Positions 35,201 through 47,400 are shown, numbered from the stretch's first letter. The stretch: 64,000 nt of DNA from Marsupella aquatica (GCA_973895155.1 OZ316893.1:2934430-2998429), one strand, 5' to 3'. The notes: generated from the letters alone by a model not told the origin. Numbers and translations are program-made.

Positions 35201-38200
35201 CCCTGTTGGTCAATGAGCTACTTCTCTCTGCAGGTCTTAAGGGTAAGGTGCGATCATCTGAGTTTGGCTCGTCTGTGTTCTCGTGAGAATGCCCACCATT
35301 TGCAGTAGGAGTACTTCCATCGCCAGGAAAGGACTGCCCATTGTCCCTCAAATGCCTCCTCTCACTTCCTCCTTGAGAAGAGCTACTCGGTAAAGGACGC
35401 TGCTCCTCAGGGGAGATCTGTTGGGTACTGACAGTCCCACCTCCTTGCATCCTACTTACCACATATTCAACAAAGTCACCGTTTTCTGAACGGACACTCA
35501 CAGATCCATTTGCTGCGACACGTCCGTTCCCATAACTCATGCTCACTCCAGAGAAACTAGCATCGCGACGGCTACCCTCACTGCGACTATCACTACTGCC
35601 ACTGCTTATCGTAGTACTTGTATAGCGTAGTGACGAGCTCCCCCTCCCGCTGGTGTATCTATCTAAGCTGGATCCACTGGTACTGGATCGCCCGTAACGG
35701 GATGGTCCTGCTGATGAGTACTGACCTCTGCTTGTACTGGTAGAACCTTCAGAGTTTCGACCAGACCTCACGTTATCATAGGCAGCGTCGAGAGGAGCAT
35801 ATGCAGTCCTAAGCTCCACACCTCCACTGTTCTGCCTCCTTGCAGCAATTTGTAGCGCCGTTTCTGTCCTCTCTCCAGAGAATTCAACACTAACTGCACC
35901 ATTTTGCTGTGGGTCACCACCGCCGCCGCCATGATGACCATTACTCAATGCCGCTTGGGCATGAGACCCCACTCCACTCCTTTGTCTACTCGAATTGACA
36001 CCACCTTGTGCATTGGCGGTAGGTCGATAACCATCACTCGACACGTGACCATTTACCTCGTTGACAGCAGTATCCTCCAAGGATGCGAGTAAGCCTCTGA
36101 AATAGTTTTCATACTGCAAATCTAAATCAGCTACTTCAATATCATTGTCAGTCTGATCTGCTTCCGGATCAACGATGCCTCCATGACCATTCTCCGAGCG
36201 TGCTCCGTGGCCAGAAGAGACCCCGTTCGAGCCATGAGCAGACGAAGGTGCCTGCCTCCTATTTCGTTCACGCCTGGTTGACTGTCCGTGCTTCACATTC
36301 CATAATGGAGGCCAAGGCTTTCCATCCTCGGCGACTTTCCTCGAGACCGAGGCATCATGCTGGGAAAGCCCTTGAGCCTTCCTAAGGGAGGCCTGTTGCT
36401 TATGGTATGACTCTTCCTCCTGCACAAGGGAGGAGACTTCCAGTCAGCCCCACCTACATGAATCTCCCTACATTTACTCAGCCACAGTCATCAAACCGAA
36501 CCTAAAATCCCATTGAGTCTGAAGCACCGCATAGTATATTATAATGCACGCAAAACATCAGCGGTGGTGAGCCCTAATACTCAAATTGTGATGTCCCACT
36601 CGGAGGAGGTCGCAGATTTTAAGTCTCTCTTCACGGGCCCCAACACATCATATCTACTAGCGGAATGACGCAGACGGATCGCATTTCCAAAACCCCTAGG
36701 AAAGGAAAATCCATATCCAGAACGCGCAATGACTCAGACATATCAAGCTGTGTTTCCAAGCCCCCTAGGAAAGGCAAGTCATTATCCAGAATACGCATAA
36801 AACGCATTGATGTGATGTGCAGTGCAGAGCAAAGTCTTGCATCCGAGTGAAGTAGATGCTTCGTTGTAGGTGAACAGGACACATTTTCGTAGGTGCACGG
36901 AGAGACAACGAAATATTCGAGTAAAGAGATTACCTGGGCTTGTGAGTTGAGGACAAGCTCATCATCCTCCCGGCAATGTGTTCCAATCGTCCGAACTTCG
37001 ACAAACCGCCCTGTCTCTCGAATTTGTAGTATCCGGATGCACTGGAAGCGGATAGATAAAATTGCCAACAGATCGTCGTAGAGGAACACGCCCATGTTGT
37101 GGGCCAATTGGATGAAGTCATCGCGGAATGACCGTTGATCGGTTATCCGTCCCTCTGCCAAACTGCGAAGGCAGCCACAAAAGTCTGAGATAGGTCTTTG
37201 AATGAGATAAGGCCCATCCAGTGCTTATAAAACATTCGCAGGGAAGTGCAGGAGGAGCGCGTAAAACATTCCAAATCCGGACAACTTTCCATCTCCACGA
37301 CAAAATCAATGAGAACATGAACAACGAATAGAGAGATTCTAAGGATCAACAAGAGGAGACTGCTTAATCTGTCACGGCAAAACTTTGGTCCCACATTGCA
37401 TTTTCAAACGCTGAGACATAGTCACAACGGCCCAGGCCGAGGAGACGGCCCGTCAGGTTAATTTTTACTGACAGGAACGGAAACATTAAAAGCAAGCTGT
37501 GATAGAGTAGCAAACCTGACAATAGAAAGTGTTATCTTCTCGGTAGAGGGTACCCCAGGCACGGCACCATCTGTGGACGGGTTAGAAGTGTCGGGGACAG
37601 TTGATGTGGCAAAAATGCCATAGAGGCCGTTCTCGGTAGAGAGGAAGAAATCTTTACAGATAGATTCTGAACCCGAAGCCAAAGAGATTGTGTACAACAA
37701 CGAGAAGTGACTCTCGAATTTTCTTGCTTTTGGTGGCAAGTTCACCACTTGATCACAGTCTTCACCTTTGACGCAGAAGTTTAGCCAATTGTGTCTATAT
37801 ACAATGAGATCTTGATGGTTTCGGCCAAAGCAGATCAGAAACTGCCCATCATTTGTGAACTTTCGAAAGTTCTGGTCAGGACATTCAACATCATAGATGG
37901 TGTGACTCGGTACAATATTCTCGTACAACGTCCTCGCTTGATGAATCTGCCCAGCATAGTGTTAGGTGAGTAAAAACCAGACTCGATACACGTGAAGCTT
38001 GGACTGACCAGCTCATATCGGCTTCAGGAAATAACTCTATAGTATATGAGTGGACCAAATTTCGAAGGAAGAACCCAGGTGAAGTGGCAGAAGATCCTCC
38101 AATCGTCATGCCCGGGCAGAGAAGCTTTAAGCAATTTCATTACGAAAACCCAAACTAAACCAAAAAAGAGGCTACGTACGACGGCACTGATCCAGGATAT

Positions 38201-38598
38201 CCGGAATACACGGATAACAATACTCGAAAACTGTTGTGAACTAAGATCATTTTAGAGTATTCAAGCTCAACTGTGGCCTATTCCATGTATCTCAAGGGGA
38301 CAAGAAGAAAATTCGGGTGAGTCTTTCCCTCCAATTACACACATCATGCGATGCCGGTAAAACTGGAACTAATCGCTTCAAAAGACAAAGACAAAAGGAT
38401 GCAATTCAACCATCACTAAGGCTTTCGTCTCAGAGAACCAGCGTATTACAAGAAATAGGCAAGCGACCAACATGGACTTTTCAGTGAGCAGAAACCCTGC
38501 TGAGAAGAAGAAAGAAAGAATACATGAGTGTTGGGCCGAGGACGGGAAATTTGCCGATTGAAGAGCCGATGCACAATGTTCTCACTCTGCCTCAACAT
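32255..38598 (-). CDS. DET1: DE-ETIOLATED 1 (CUL4-DDB1-associated repressor of photomorphogenesis), 11 coding exons, about 975 aa
   Basis: Exons 38598-38524, 37946-37516, 37162-36934, 36419-34950, 34600-34535, 34182-34126, 33919-33833, 33472-33293, 32976-32881, 32726-32627 and 32391-32255. Motifs: NIVHRLFNRQI, YENIVPSHTIYDVECPD, CKDFFL, LAHNMGVFLYDDLLAILS, CREDDEL, GIKQRLLSFIF, VQFLDRYHLLIKFG, SPSPYYDQSLF and FHPIFPFAISIQ...NFHFRK. Confidence 0.96.
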
Positions 38599-38933
38599 CC
38601 CCGTCCGGTGGTCCTTCGCTCCCGAGAGAGTTTCCAAGTCTGATATGCAGAGCATGGGAGGATCGAATCTCACCTGCTGCCATGCCAACTTTAAAAATCC
38701 TCAACAATCCTTTAAACCTTCAATTTCGCAGGAAGCCGCACATCTTCACTCTTCGTCCCTACTGTTGGACCACGTGAAACGTACTTTACAGTCTGCTAGC
38801 ATCCAATAATCCCTGTTTCGATTCCCACTTAGCCCTGTGGTCCTCACTTAGCCAAACCAATCATGAGCACTTCTGTTACTTGCAGTCTCCGAACTCTGTC
38901 GTCACTTCAACAACGCCGTCCCTGCACATAAAT

Positions 38934-38938
<5 letters not shown>

Positions 38939-38987
<49 letters not shown>
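38939..38987. repeat. (CT)n microsatellite in the DET1 5' region
   Basis: About 24 CT units. Confidence 0.97.
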
Positions 38988-38990
<3 letters not shown>

Positions 38991-39964
38991 CATTACCATC
39001 CCCGACGTTCCAGAACCTAAAACCGCTCCCTCTTCTTATTCAATCAAAGAATGCCGCATTCCTCACTGTAGCCACTCCCTGCCTCTTCCCATGTCGGACA
39101 TTCTCCAGTCCTTTCTCTCAAATCTTGCACACAATGCTTCCTCCTCCCCTGTCACCAAATTTTCCTTTTCACAGCAGCTTCCAATTCTCGATACTCGTCG
39201 GTTTTTCCTCTAATTCTTTACCGATTCCTCCCAGGCCACCATGGCGAGCCCACCAGACCACCTCCACAGCTGACGTGGCGAGACTAGCTCCACGACCTAC
39301 TCACATCGACAGCTAATACACCAATTCTTCCTTCCCCCGTCTCTTTCTTTCCCTCTCTCGAGCGCCAAAACACAATTCCCGCTCCAGCTCGTCGTCCGTC
39401 CGTCCACCCTGCTTCCTCTTTCCACCAATTCCGCGACCAACGCACCGAATAATAATGCACACAACGAAACGGAGACGAGAGACGCGACGCCACCGCACCA
39501 GAATCACAAAATCAAAAAACCTATATTCCAAATGTGCGCAATCTGGTCGATCTTCTCCCTACTCCTCCTCTTCTGTTTCCTTCTTCTCCTGCCTTTGCTC
39601 TCACTCGATCCTTAAACTCGTTCCTTCCTTCCCCTTCAATTCTTCCTGCTCTTTGCTCCGTCCTCGACGCTATCTTGCTCTTGCTCTTGCTAGCTTGCTT
39701 CTTCACTGGCACAGAACATACCACACCTCAATTGGAGTGAAGGAGTGGAGTGGAGTGGAGTGGAGTGGAGTGGGGTGTGTGATGGGTGGGGTGGGGTGGC
39801 CACGAGAGGCACTCATCACAGACCGGAATCTTGTCGCTGCTATTTGCCCACGAGGACAGGAATCCGAGTCGGGAGGTGGCGGGAGGGAAGGGGGGGACGG
39901 AAGGGGGGGCACGGAGGGGGACGGGAGTGGGGGCACCGAGACTAACGGAACGGGTGGTGGTGGT

Positions 39965-40352
39965 GGTGGGACTCACTTGTGGGGGTCCCAAACCTCGAAG
40001 ATTGACAAACCTTAACTTAGTAATTAAGGTTAGGCATGGAACATGGTGGGACTCACTTGTGGCGGTCTCAAGCCTTAACTTAGTAATTTAGGTTAGGCGT
40101 AGAAAATGTGATGGTGGGACTCACTTGTAGGGGCTAAAACCTCAAAGATTGACAAACCTTAACTTAGTAATTAAGGTTAGGCATAGAAAATGTGATGGTG
40201 GGACTCACTCCTGGGAGTCTCAAACCTCAAAGATTGACGGACTTAACTTAGTAATTTAGGTTAGGCGTAGAAAATCTGATGGTGGGACTCACTTATGGGG
40301 GTCTTGAACCTCAAAGATTGACATACCTTAGTAATTAGGGATTAGGCATAGA
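39965..40352. repeat. Tandem repeat of about 84 bp (5 copies) with a palindromic core, upstream of DET1
   Basis: ggtgggactcact starts at 39965, 40045, 40113, 40197 and 40281. Most units contain a version of aaccttaa-cttagtaa-ttaaggtt; it is truncated in the fifth. Confidence 0.93.
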
Positions 40353-42043
40353 GGTTAGTGGGGGAATCACACTTGACAAAATCATGTTTGAGGAAAGGCA
40401 AACAAAAACAATTAGACCCCATACTTGTAAAAACAATGAGAAACTGAAAATAACACTTCAAATAAACAAAGAAAGGGGTGAAAAGAGTTTTAAAATATAT
40501 CTTTTTGAATAGTGAAAAGTGAATGGGTCATGATTGATATATCAGAATTGTCAGTAACAATCTTTATCGATGAAAACTCTACCCCAAGAAAACAAAACAT
40601 TTGAATTTTTTTGTGACACCCTTAGATCTTGTGCATTGAAGGAGTGGGATCATAGTGTTCGTTTTGAAAAGCTTTTGTGCCATCTTTCTCTTGAATGAAA
40701 GGAAGAAAAGCACACCCTCTTCCCATTCACACTCTAGTCTAAATGATTTTCATGGTTTTCTCTTTGCAATGGAGAACAACCATTCATTTCCATTCAGGGT
40801 ATTAATGGAAAAGAATGCCTAGTTGAGATTGGGTGTTGACCTCAAGAAACTTGCAATCCAAAATAGATATTTTGATAGAGATTAGCTAATTTTTTTCATA
40901 GAGATTAACTAAATTTTTAATTTTTAAAAGGCATACTTGATAAAAGAAGGTATTTCAAACTCAAATTTGCCCCCTTTGCATTCTTGGTGCAAATGTGATA
41001 CTACATTCAAAAACATTTCGAAGAAAGGGCCATTGCAGAAAGATAATAAGCACTCGCATTCTCTATTTCAACACAGAGCTGGCACAATACCAATCTCAAA
41101 TTATTGGATGGTAGGGAGTTCTTGATGATGGACACACTCAGGTCTCATTTTCTCCATGGCATGGAGAAAATACCAAGGACAGGGAGATGCCCAGAACAAA
41201 AGAAGGAAGATTACAAGTAATCTGGGGAAGATTGGTGTCAATGGCAACTATGGCAAACAAGGCCACAATTGGCGGACATGCCTTGAGAATTTCTGTTCTC
41301 AGCATGTACCAGAATTTCTTGAAGACATAGCTGCCATGGAGGCACCTATGCAATCATGAAACCGGGAACTATGCCCCTTGCAGTCCATGCCATACTCGGC
41401 CCAAGTGTCACTAACAATGGAGAAACTGACTTGTTTGAAAATGGATCACAGCTTGAACCACTAATTGGTGGAAGGTTTGGGCCAACACAGCAGTCATGTG
41501 ATGCATACTGGATAACTCATAACCAGTTTGAGTTTGCTTATGTTAAGTTCAATATGACTTAGACCTAGTTGAGAAGATAGATACGGAGGAGCTCCATAAT
41601 AAAGGGCAGAACAATGTTTTGGGATGACATTGCTTATATCACTATTGTATAATTGCATATACAAAATTTACAAACTATTTTATCTGATATTTTGCAAGAA
41701 TCCAATTGTGGATAGTGGACATGTCATGGAGGAATGTTTTATCACAAGCCCTGAAAATATGCAGGCCCCTTCTTATGATTGTTGTCCCCCCCCCCCCAAA
41801 ACAAAAACTCCCTACAGCCCTAGTACATTCCTGCAGCTCAGTCCCTCTTACCCTTTGAGTGCCTGGGTACCCTCCAACTCTCTTGTGTATGCCAGCCTAT
41901 CCTTTTTTCGCCAAAGTGAAGAATGTCACCTGGTGTGAAGCAAATTATTCTACTTAATATTCCTGATATAATTTCTTAAATGAATTTTTTAGTTAGATAT
42001 TCGGTGATTTAAGCGGGACCATGTAGCAACTCTAGACTCTGAA

Positions 42044-42189
42044 GGTGGGAAAGTGGCTAATAGAAACCAAAAAACAAGAGGTGACTTTTGCCAAAACTGA
42101 CAAATTCCACTTTGGTGTCGTGGAATTTGGCAAATTATAGTCATTTTTGGCAACAGTATTTTTTTGTCTGAATTAGCTACTTTCATACC
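42044..42189. mobile_element. Degenerate MITE related to the 7005-7303 element
   Basis: TIRs ggtgggaaagtggctaat / attagctactttcatacc. The internal gtggaatttggcaaatt is identical to 7082-7098. Confidence 0.55.
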
Positions 42190-44179
42190 TAGCCACAGAC
42201 CACAATGATTCTCCTTAAATCTAGTAATATCCAATGGTCAAAAATTAATGTAAGAAAACTATATAATAAATATGATTGGGTTTGTTTCCCTGAAGGGCCC
42301 AATAAAGTCTTTTGTTTGCATTTTTTAAAATTTTAATATCAAAGTGCGAAAGGACAAAAAAGCCATACCGACGTGTCTTTGCTAGCTTTTTCTTTGTTAG
42401 TAATGTTTTGGTTACTTTTCAGTGTTGCTCCCGGTTTTTACGATCTGGGTGACTTTTGGCGTTTGGTCGCTCACCTTTTTGGCTCTTGGGTTTTACCTTA
42501 TCTCATAAGTAAAATGCTCATTTTCAGTAATAAAAGAGAGGAAGCAAAGGTCCAGAATGATGACCGCCTCTAGATGCTACTGGCTATGGACTGACCACGT
42601 GGTACGATGGGGATCGCAGGCCCTGTAGACAGGATTCTACTGGCCTTCACGATCTTCTCCAGTAATTAATACAGTATTGCGTACATTTACCTTTACCGTT
42701 ATACCGTATCCCCTACTCCCGCCCCCTACGCCCGGGTTCCCGGTACAGCATTCGATGACGTCGGTCTTCTGCTCGTCTCCTCGAATAAAGAGTAACCGGC
42801 TAACCGCGTCACCAATCCAGAAACACGCTGGACTTCACTCTAAGCAGTCCACAAACCGGACATATCCGGTTGGGATCAACCTGGGACCTTCTTTGTCCGG
42901 TTTGCGGCATGAGCGAACCATTTCCTTGACTCGGATTCGTTGGGGCCTCGGATCACGGGACAGACGACCGTGATTGGGTTTGAACTGGTGGTCGGTCAAG
43001 GTGTTCTAGATTTGGGACCAAGAAAGGAGCCTGATCCAACGGACGCATCTGGGGTGGTCACGTGGGCGGCGAGATGTAGATATGGTGGGGATGGCGATTG
43101 GAGTATTGGACATTCAATGTCTTTCTAGTCACCACTTGGGAGTTGGGAGAATTGGTGGAGATACGTTTGTGTACAGATGTCGGCGGAACTAGTATGGGAG
43201 TCACCCACTCTTCTTTTGGGTTTCGTGTTCCTCTCTACGCTCTAGGCCTCTAGCGCCTCTTTTGCTTTTACTTCATTTAACTTTGGTCGGTATCTTATGG
43301 TAAATTGGTTCCCCTTTATACATTTTGTGTGAAATATTGATCGACCATGAGAGCGTGAATCTGGCAGTGGGAAGAGACGAGGTTCCCATTGTTCCACGAC
43401 ATACAGGTGGCGACCTTTGAACTTTTTTTTGTAGGTGATACACATGTTTTTTTTTTGGTGCAATCAGAAAGTCATGAAAACTTTTTTGTAGGTGGTACAC
43501 ATGTTTTTGTTGTTGGAGAAACTAGAAGGTTATTTTGTGGGTGTGGTACAGCCCATGCAGCCCAGGAAGAGGAACCAGCGTCCAAGGTGGCACGAGCCCA
43601 AAGCTCATCCAAACACACAAAGAACAAAAAAGGGACAGTTTAGACCAAGGAATGCCAAAACCAGAGCCACAGATAATAAGTCCCCACAAGCCAAAGTAGA
43701 CAACAGGAAAGCCCCATAAGTACGTAGCACTGGACTGAATCAAACCAGACCACATAGTAGAGAGCATCTATTAGGGGCCACTGTACAGAACCTCTGCCCC
43801 ATACCTCAACCCCATAAATTTGTGTGCGATCTAATATGGACCATCCATAAGGCAGAAAAGTTCACTTCACTGCCGTTGGCCCATTCTGCTGCAGTAGATT
43901 CCAACCCTGAGCTTGGAAAGTATGTGTCTGCCTCTTTAAAGTCCTTGCCAGATTTCCAGTTTTCTTCTTGTGACCTTTGTTTTGGCCTTGAAACCGAAAG
44001 CTGAGTAATCCAACATAAGATAGAACATTAACTCCAGAGCATGCACCTCTACAGGGTAGCTCACAAGGGGGTCATATCCACACCAGGAGGGAGAGAGGTT
44101 GAGCCAGAGGAGAAACCAGGACAGGAGAAACCAGGACTCCCACCACTGTACCCCATCCACACACACCCTCCATAACCCT

Positions 44180-44262
44180 TGCATGTGGAGAGGGGATTGA
44201 TTGAACCTGGGACCTCTTGATTCTAGGCTAATCCCCTGGCCAACTGAACCAAAACCAATTAG
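44180..44262 (-). mobile_element. tRNA-derived SINE head (degenerate)
   Basis: Minus strand has A-box-like TGGTTCAGTTGG and B-box-like GGTTCAATC at tRNA-like spacing, with no complete cloverleaf. Confidence 0.45.
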
Positions 44263-44284
44263 TTCTTCTTCATGTGACTTTTTG

Positions 44285-44434
44285 AAACATCCAGGTGAGG
44301 GAACCAAATTAATCTATGCATTAGTATTTGACCAAACATCCAGGTGAGTGAATCAAATTAATCTATGCATTAGTATTTGACGAAACAAACATCCAGGTGA
44401 GGGAATCAAATTAGTCTATGCGTTAGGATTTGAC
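44285..44434. repeat. Tandem repeat of about 49 bp, 3 copies
   Basis: aaacatccaggtgagggaa.caaattaatctatgcattagtatttgac, three copies. Confidence 0.92.
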
Positions 44435-47400
44435 GGCACTGCAAAGTGATCCAAGGCCACAAGCCCATGATTCCCTCCAGGAGAAGAAGCTCTCCTTGTG
44501 CCATCCATTCATTTGCCATCATTTTGGGTTTTCACTTTACTTCTGATGTGGATTTCCCAATGACTCCCCCTCCACCTCCATGCTGGTTTGGAGCCTTTTT
44601 CCTATTGGCATAAGTCTATGATTCTCTTATTCTGATCCCTTATTGGTTATGACGAGATCATGAGAACAAAATAGAAATAAAAACAAATCCTTTCATCCCT
44701 TTATTAGAAATTTTGGAACAAGTCTCCAAGTGAGCAGCACGCCCTCCCCCACCGCCACACACACCATCACCAGCTAACCCAAAAACCATGTGGACTGCAA
44801 CTCTCCTACTCGCCACGTGGATGTGCAAGACTGGAAAGTCTCGTGCATCGTCTCGTCCATGTGAGTGGCCACCTCCCTGCCCTCCTTGAGCCAATCCATA
44901 CACCAAGCCCACGCACATGGGGCCGATCTACTAAATCTTTGGACCCAGTTCTGGTTGAGAAAACTATGAAAGGTCAAGGAGCATGGAATAACCAAATTAG
45001 AGTACTGTACCATGAAGTTGTCCATGACAAGCGACACACAACCAGGCCTCAAAAAGTGGTTTTTAAAGGGGTGTGTGTGGGGGTGGGGGGGAGGAGGCGG
45101 AGAACAATTCAATGGCATATTAGGGTGTCAAAATCAAGGGTAGAAAGAATAGGTCCAATGGGTTTCTCCATGGATGGCTCAAAAAAAAAAAAGACCAAAC
45201 CAAATAATGTTTATACCCATTTCTGCTTTGCGGATTTATTGCTTTGCCAATTGCCATGGAAATCAAACTCTTCTTGGCTCAATAGAAAGCTTATTCACGA
45301 ACCCTTTCTTTTGAGCTATGCCAGGTCTTTTGAAATGTAGGATCCATTGAGAAATCGAAGTGGCGAGTTTTGGACAGAACCCTGGTAGGAATCTTTGCCA
45401 GAATTATTTTGTTGTTGTTGGTGTGTGCCATGGCTTAGTGGCTTGTGAGTTTGGTGTATGGATGGCCCATCGTGTACCGTGCATTGCGATTTCGACACGC
45501 CAATAAGCAAGATAGCCACAAATCCACAAACGCTTGGTTGCAGTTTTGGTGGAGAATCCACAAAAGGATGACACCTCGTCCAGCAATGACGTACCAGTTG
45601 GGTCCACAAATGGATTACACTCTTTCCTCTTCCAGCAATGAATTTGCAGAGACAGGCCCATCAATGCACAAAGAAAAAGACATGATTAGATTTTCCTTTT
45701 TCCACGAAAGACTTATCGAAGCTCTCAAAACGAATGGCGGGGATTAAAGAAAGGTATATGGTATGTTGCCCTTGCATTCGCTCACAAAGACAACCCTGGT
45801 CCCACTTTCAAGATTTTCATCGGCTGAGGTAGATTTCTTCCTGAACTCTAATTATCTTTCTGACAATTGTCAAATTTCCTTCTCTTTTAATAGCAAGGAA
45901 TTTTAGGCATTAGCAGGAGATTGGGCCCAAACACACACTGCTCGCCCCCGCCCCCCAATGAGAGAGGAGGGTTTTAAACCTGATACCGATTGGTCCCAAA
46001 AGTGTTAATGGCCTTGCCACCTGATTTGCACTGCTAGGCCCACCGAAGTGGATCAATTCCCTCTTTAGAAAGAAAACATTACTCGTTTAGCTTGGATGGG
46101 TCATCATCTTGTCCCTAACAACTTCCATCGACTGTGGGTCATTTGCACACTTTACACCCCATGGCTCATGAGAATTGTACAACTCCCATGGACTGTGACA
46201 GTCTTTTGCACAGTTTAAGGCGGTGGCAGGTTTCAGCACTCCATCCCAGCATCAGAAACAAAGTTAGGGTCCATCCTGGCTGAGACTTGTACGCTCTAAG
46301 ATTGGGATGTGATGCTCTAACCCATTCCAGAATGTGGTCGCGAAAGGGTAATCCTCTAAGAAAAATAGCTACTACCTTAGTGGGTCCTCACCACTAGTAT
46401 CAAGAAATGGCCCCCAAGTTCTTAAGGTGGCTTTACAAGAGGGTGGAGGCACTTGCGAGTTTTTTTTGGCCAAAATAAACTGGAGGACAACTTCTTATTC
46501 TAAGCTTAGACTCCGTACCATCGATTTTTTGAAATGAATGTCAATAAATGCAAACCCATGGAATGAAAGAGCCAAAGTTTGGAAATGACTGGTTGGATCA
46601 CAAGTGGAGGTGATCTAAACTTTTATACCAAATAAGCGCTCAATATTAGCTACTTAGGGCCAATGCTTGCCATGTAGGATTGGTAGGCACCAGGCCAGAA
46701 TGGCCCCCAATTTCTTGTAAAACCAGCCATAGGGGTTGTGGTAACTACACCTAAAAAAGCAATAGCCAGATCATACATACAGTAGAAGGAATAACATTCA
46801 GTATTTAAGAGAACAATAGATTTTATCATGGTATGGACAATCCATTCAACCGTACCTATGGAAATTTCCATGTAACAAATTGCTGCTATTTGATGTGCAA
46901 TTACTGTCAGGCAAGCTATAGCAATTTACCCTTTCTACACTGTGTAGATTAGTCTTAAACTGCCATAGTTCTACCAAGTTTGGGGAGGACAAAACATTGC
47001 GCCTGTTTACATTTTTTCATGAAGAGTACAGAGGACAAGCTCTCATAAACATGTCACACCATTTTTAAATTTTTTTATCAGCTTTTAAGTACATTGCCAC
47101 TAAAGATGTTTGAATTTATAATAATGCCATGGTTTTTGTTGTATTTACAAAAATACCACAGTTTTTGTATATAGCTCCCCTGGTTACCTTGGAGAACTTA
47201 TCATCCATATATGAAACTGTGACATTTTTATAAATATTACAAAACCATGGCAGTATTATCAAAATCATTATGTCTCAATAAATAAGACAAAACCATGGCA
47301 GTATAATAAAAAGCTGTAATGTTTAAATTGTTTTTTGGTTGCAGGTGAAAATGTATTTCAACGGGAAAAACCCTGAACAGAACAAAACAACCCTGTCTGG

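Noticed and set aside
39073-39095. miR408-like sequence ctgcctcttccc
   Set aside because: Only 12 nt match, with mismatches in the 5' seed and at the 3' end, in a pyrimidine-rich tract with no hairpin.
39455-40015. 186-aa ORF and overlapping ORFs
   Set aside because: Products of CT-, GAGTG- and G-rich low-complexity sequence in the DET1 5' region.
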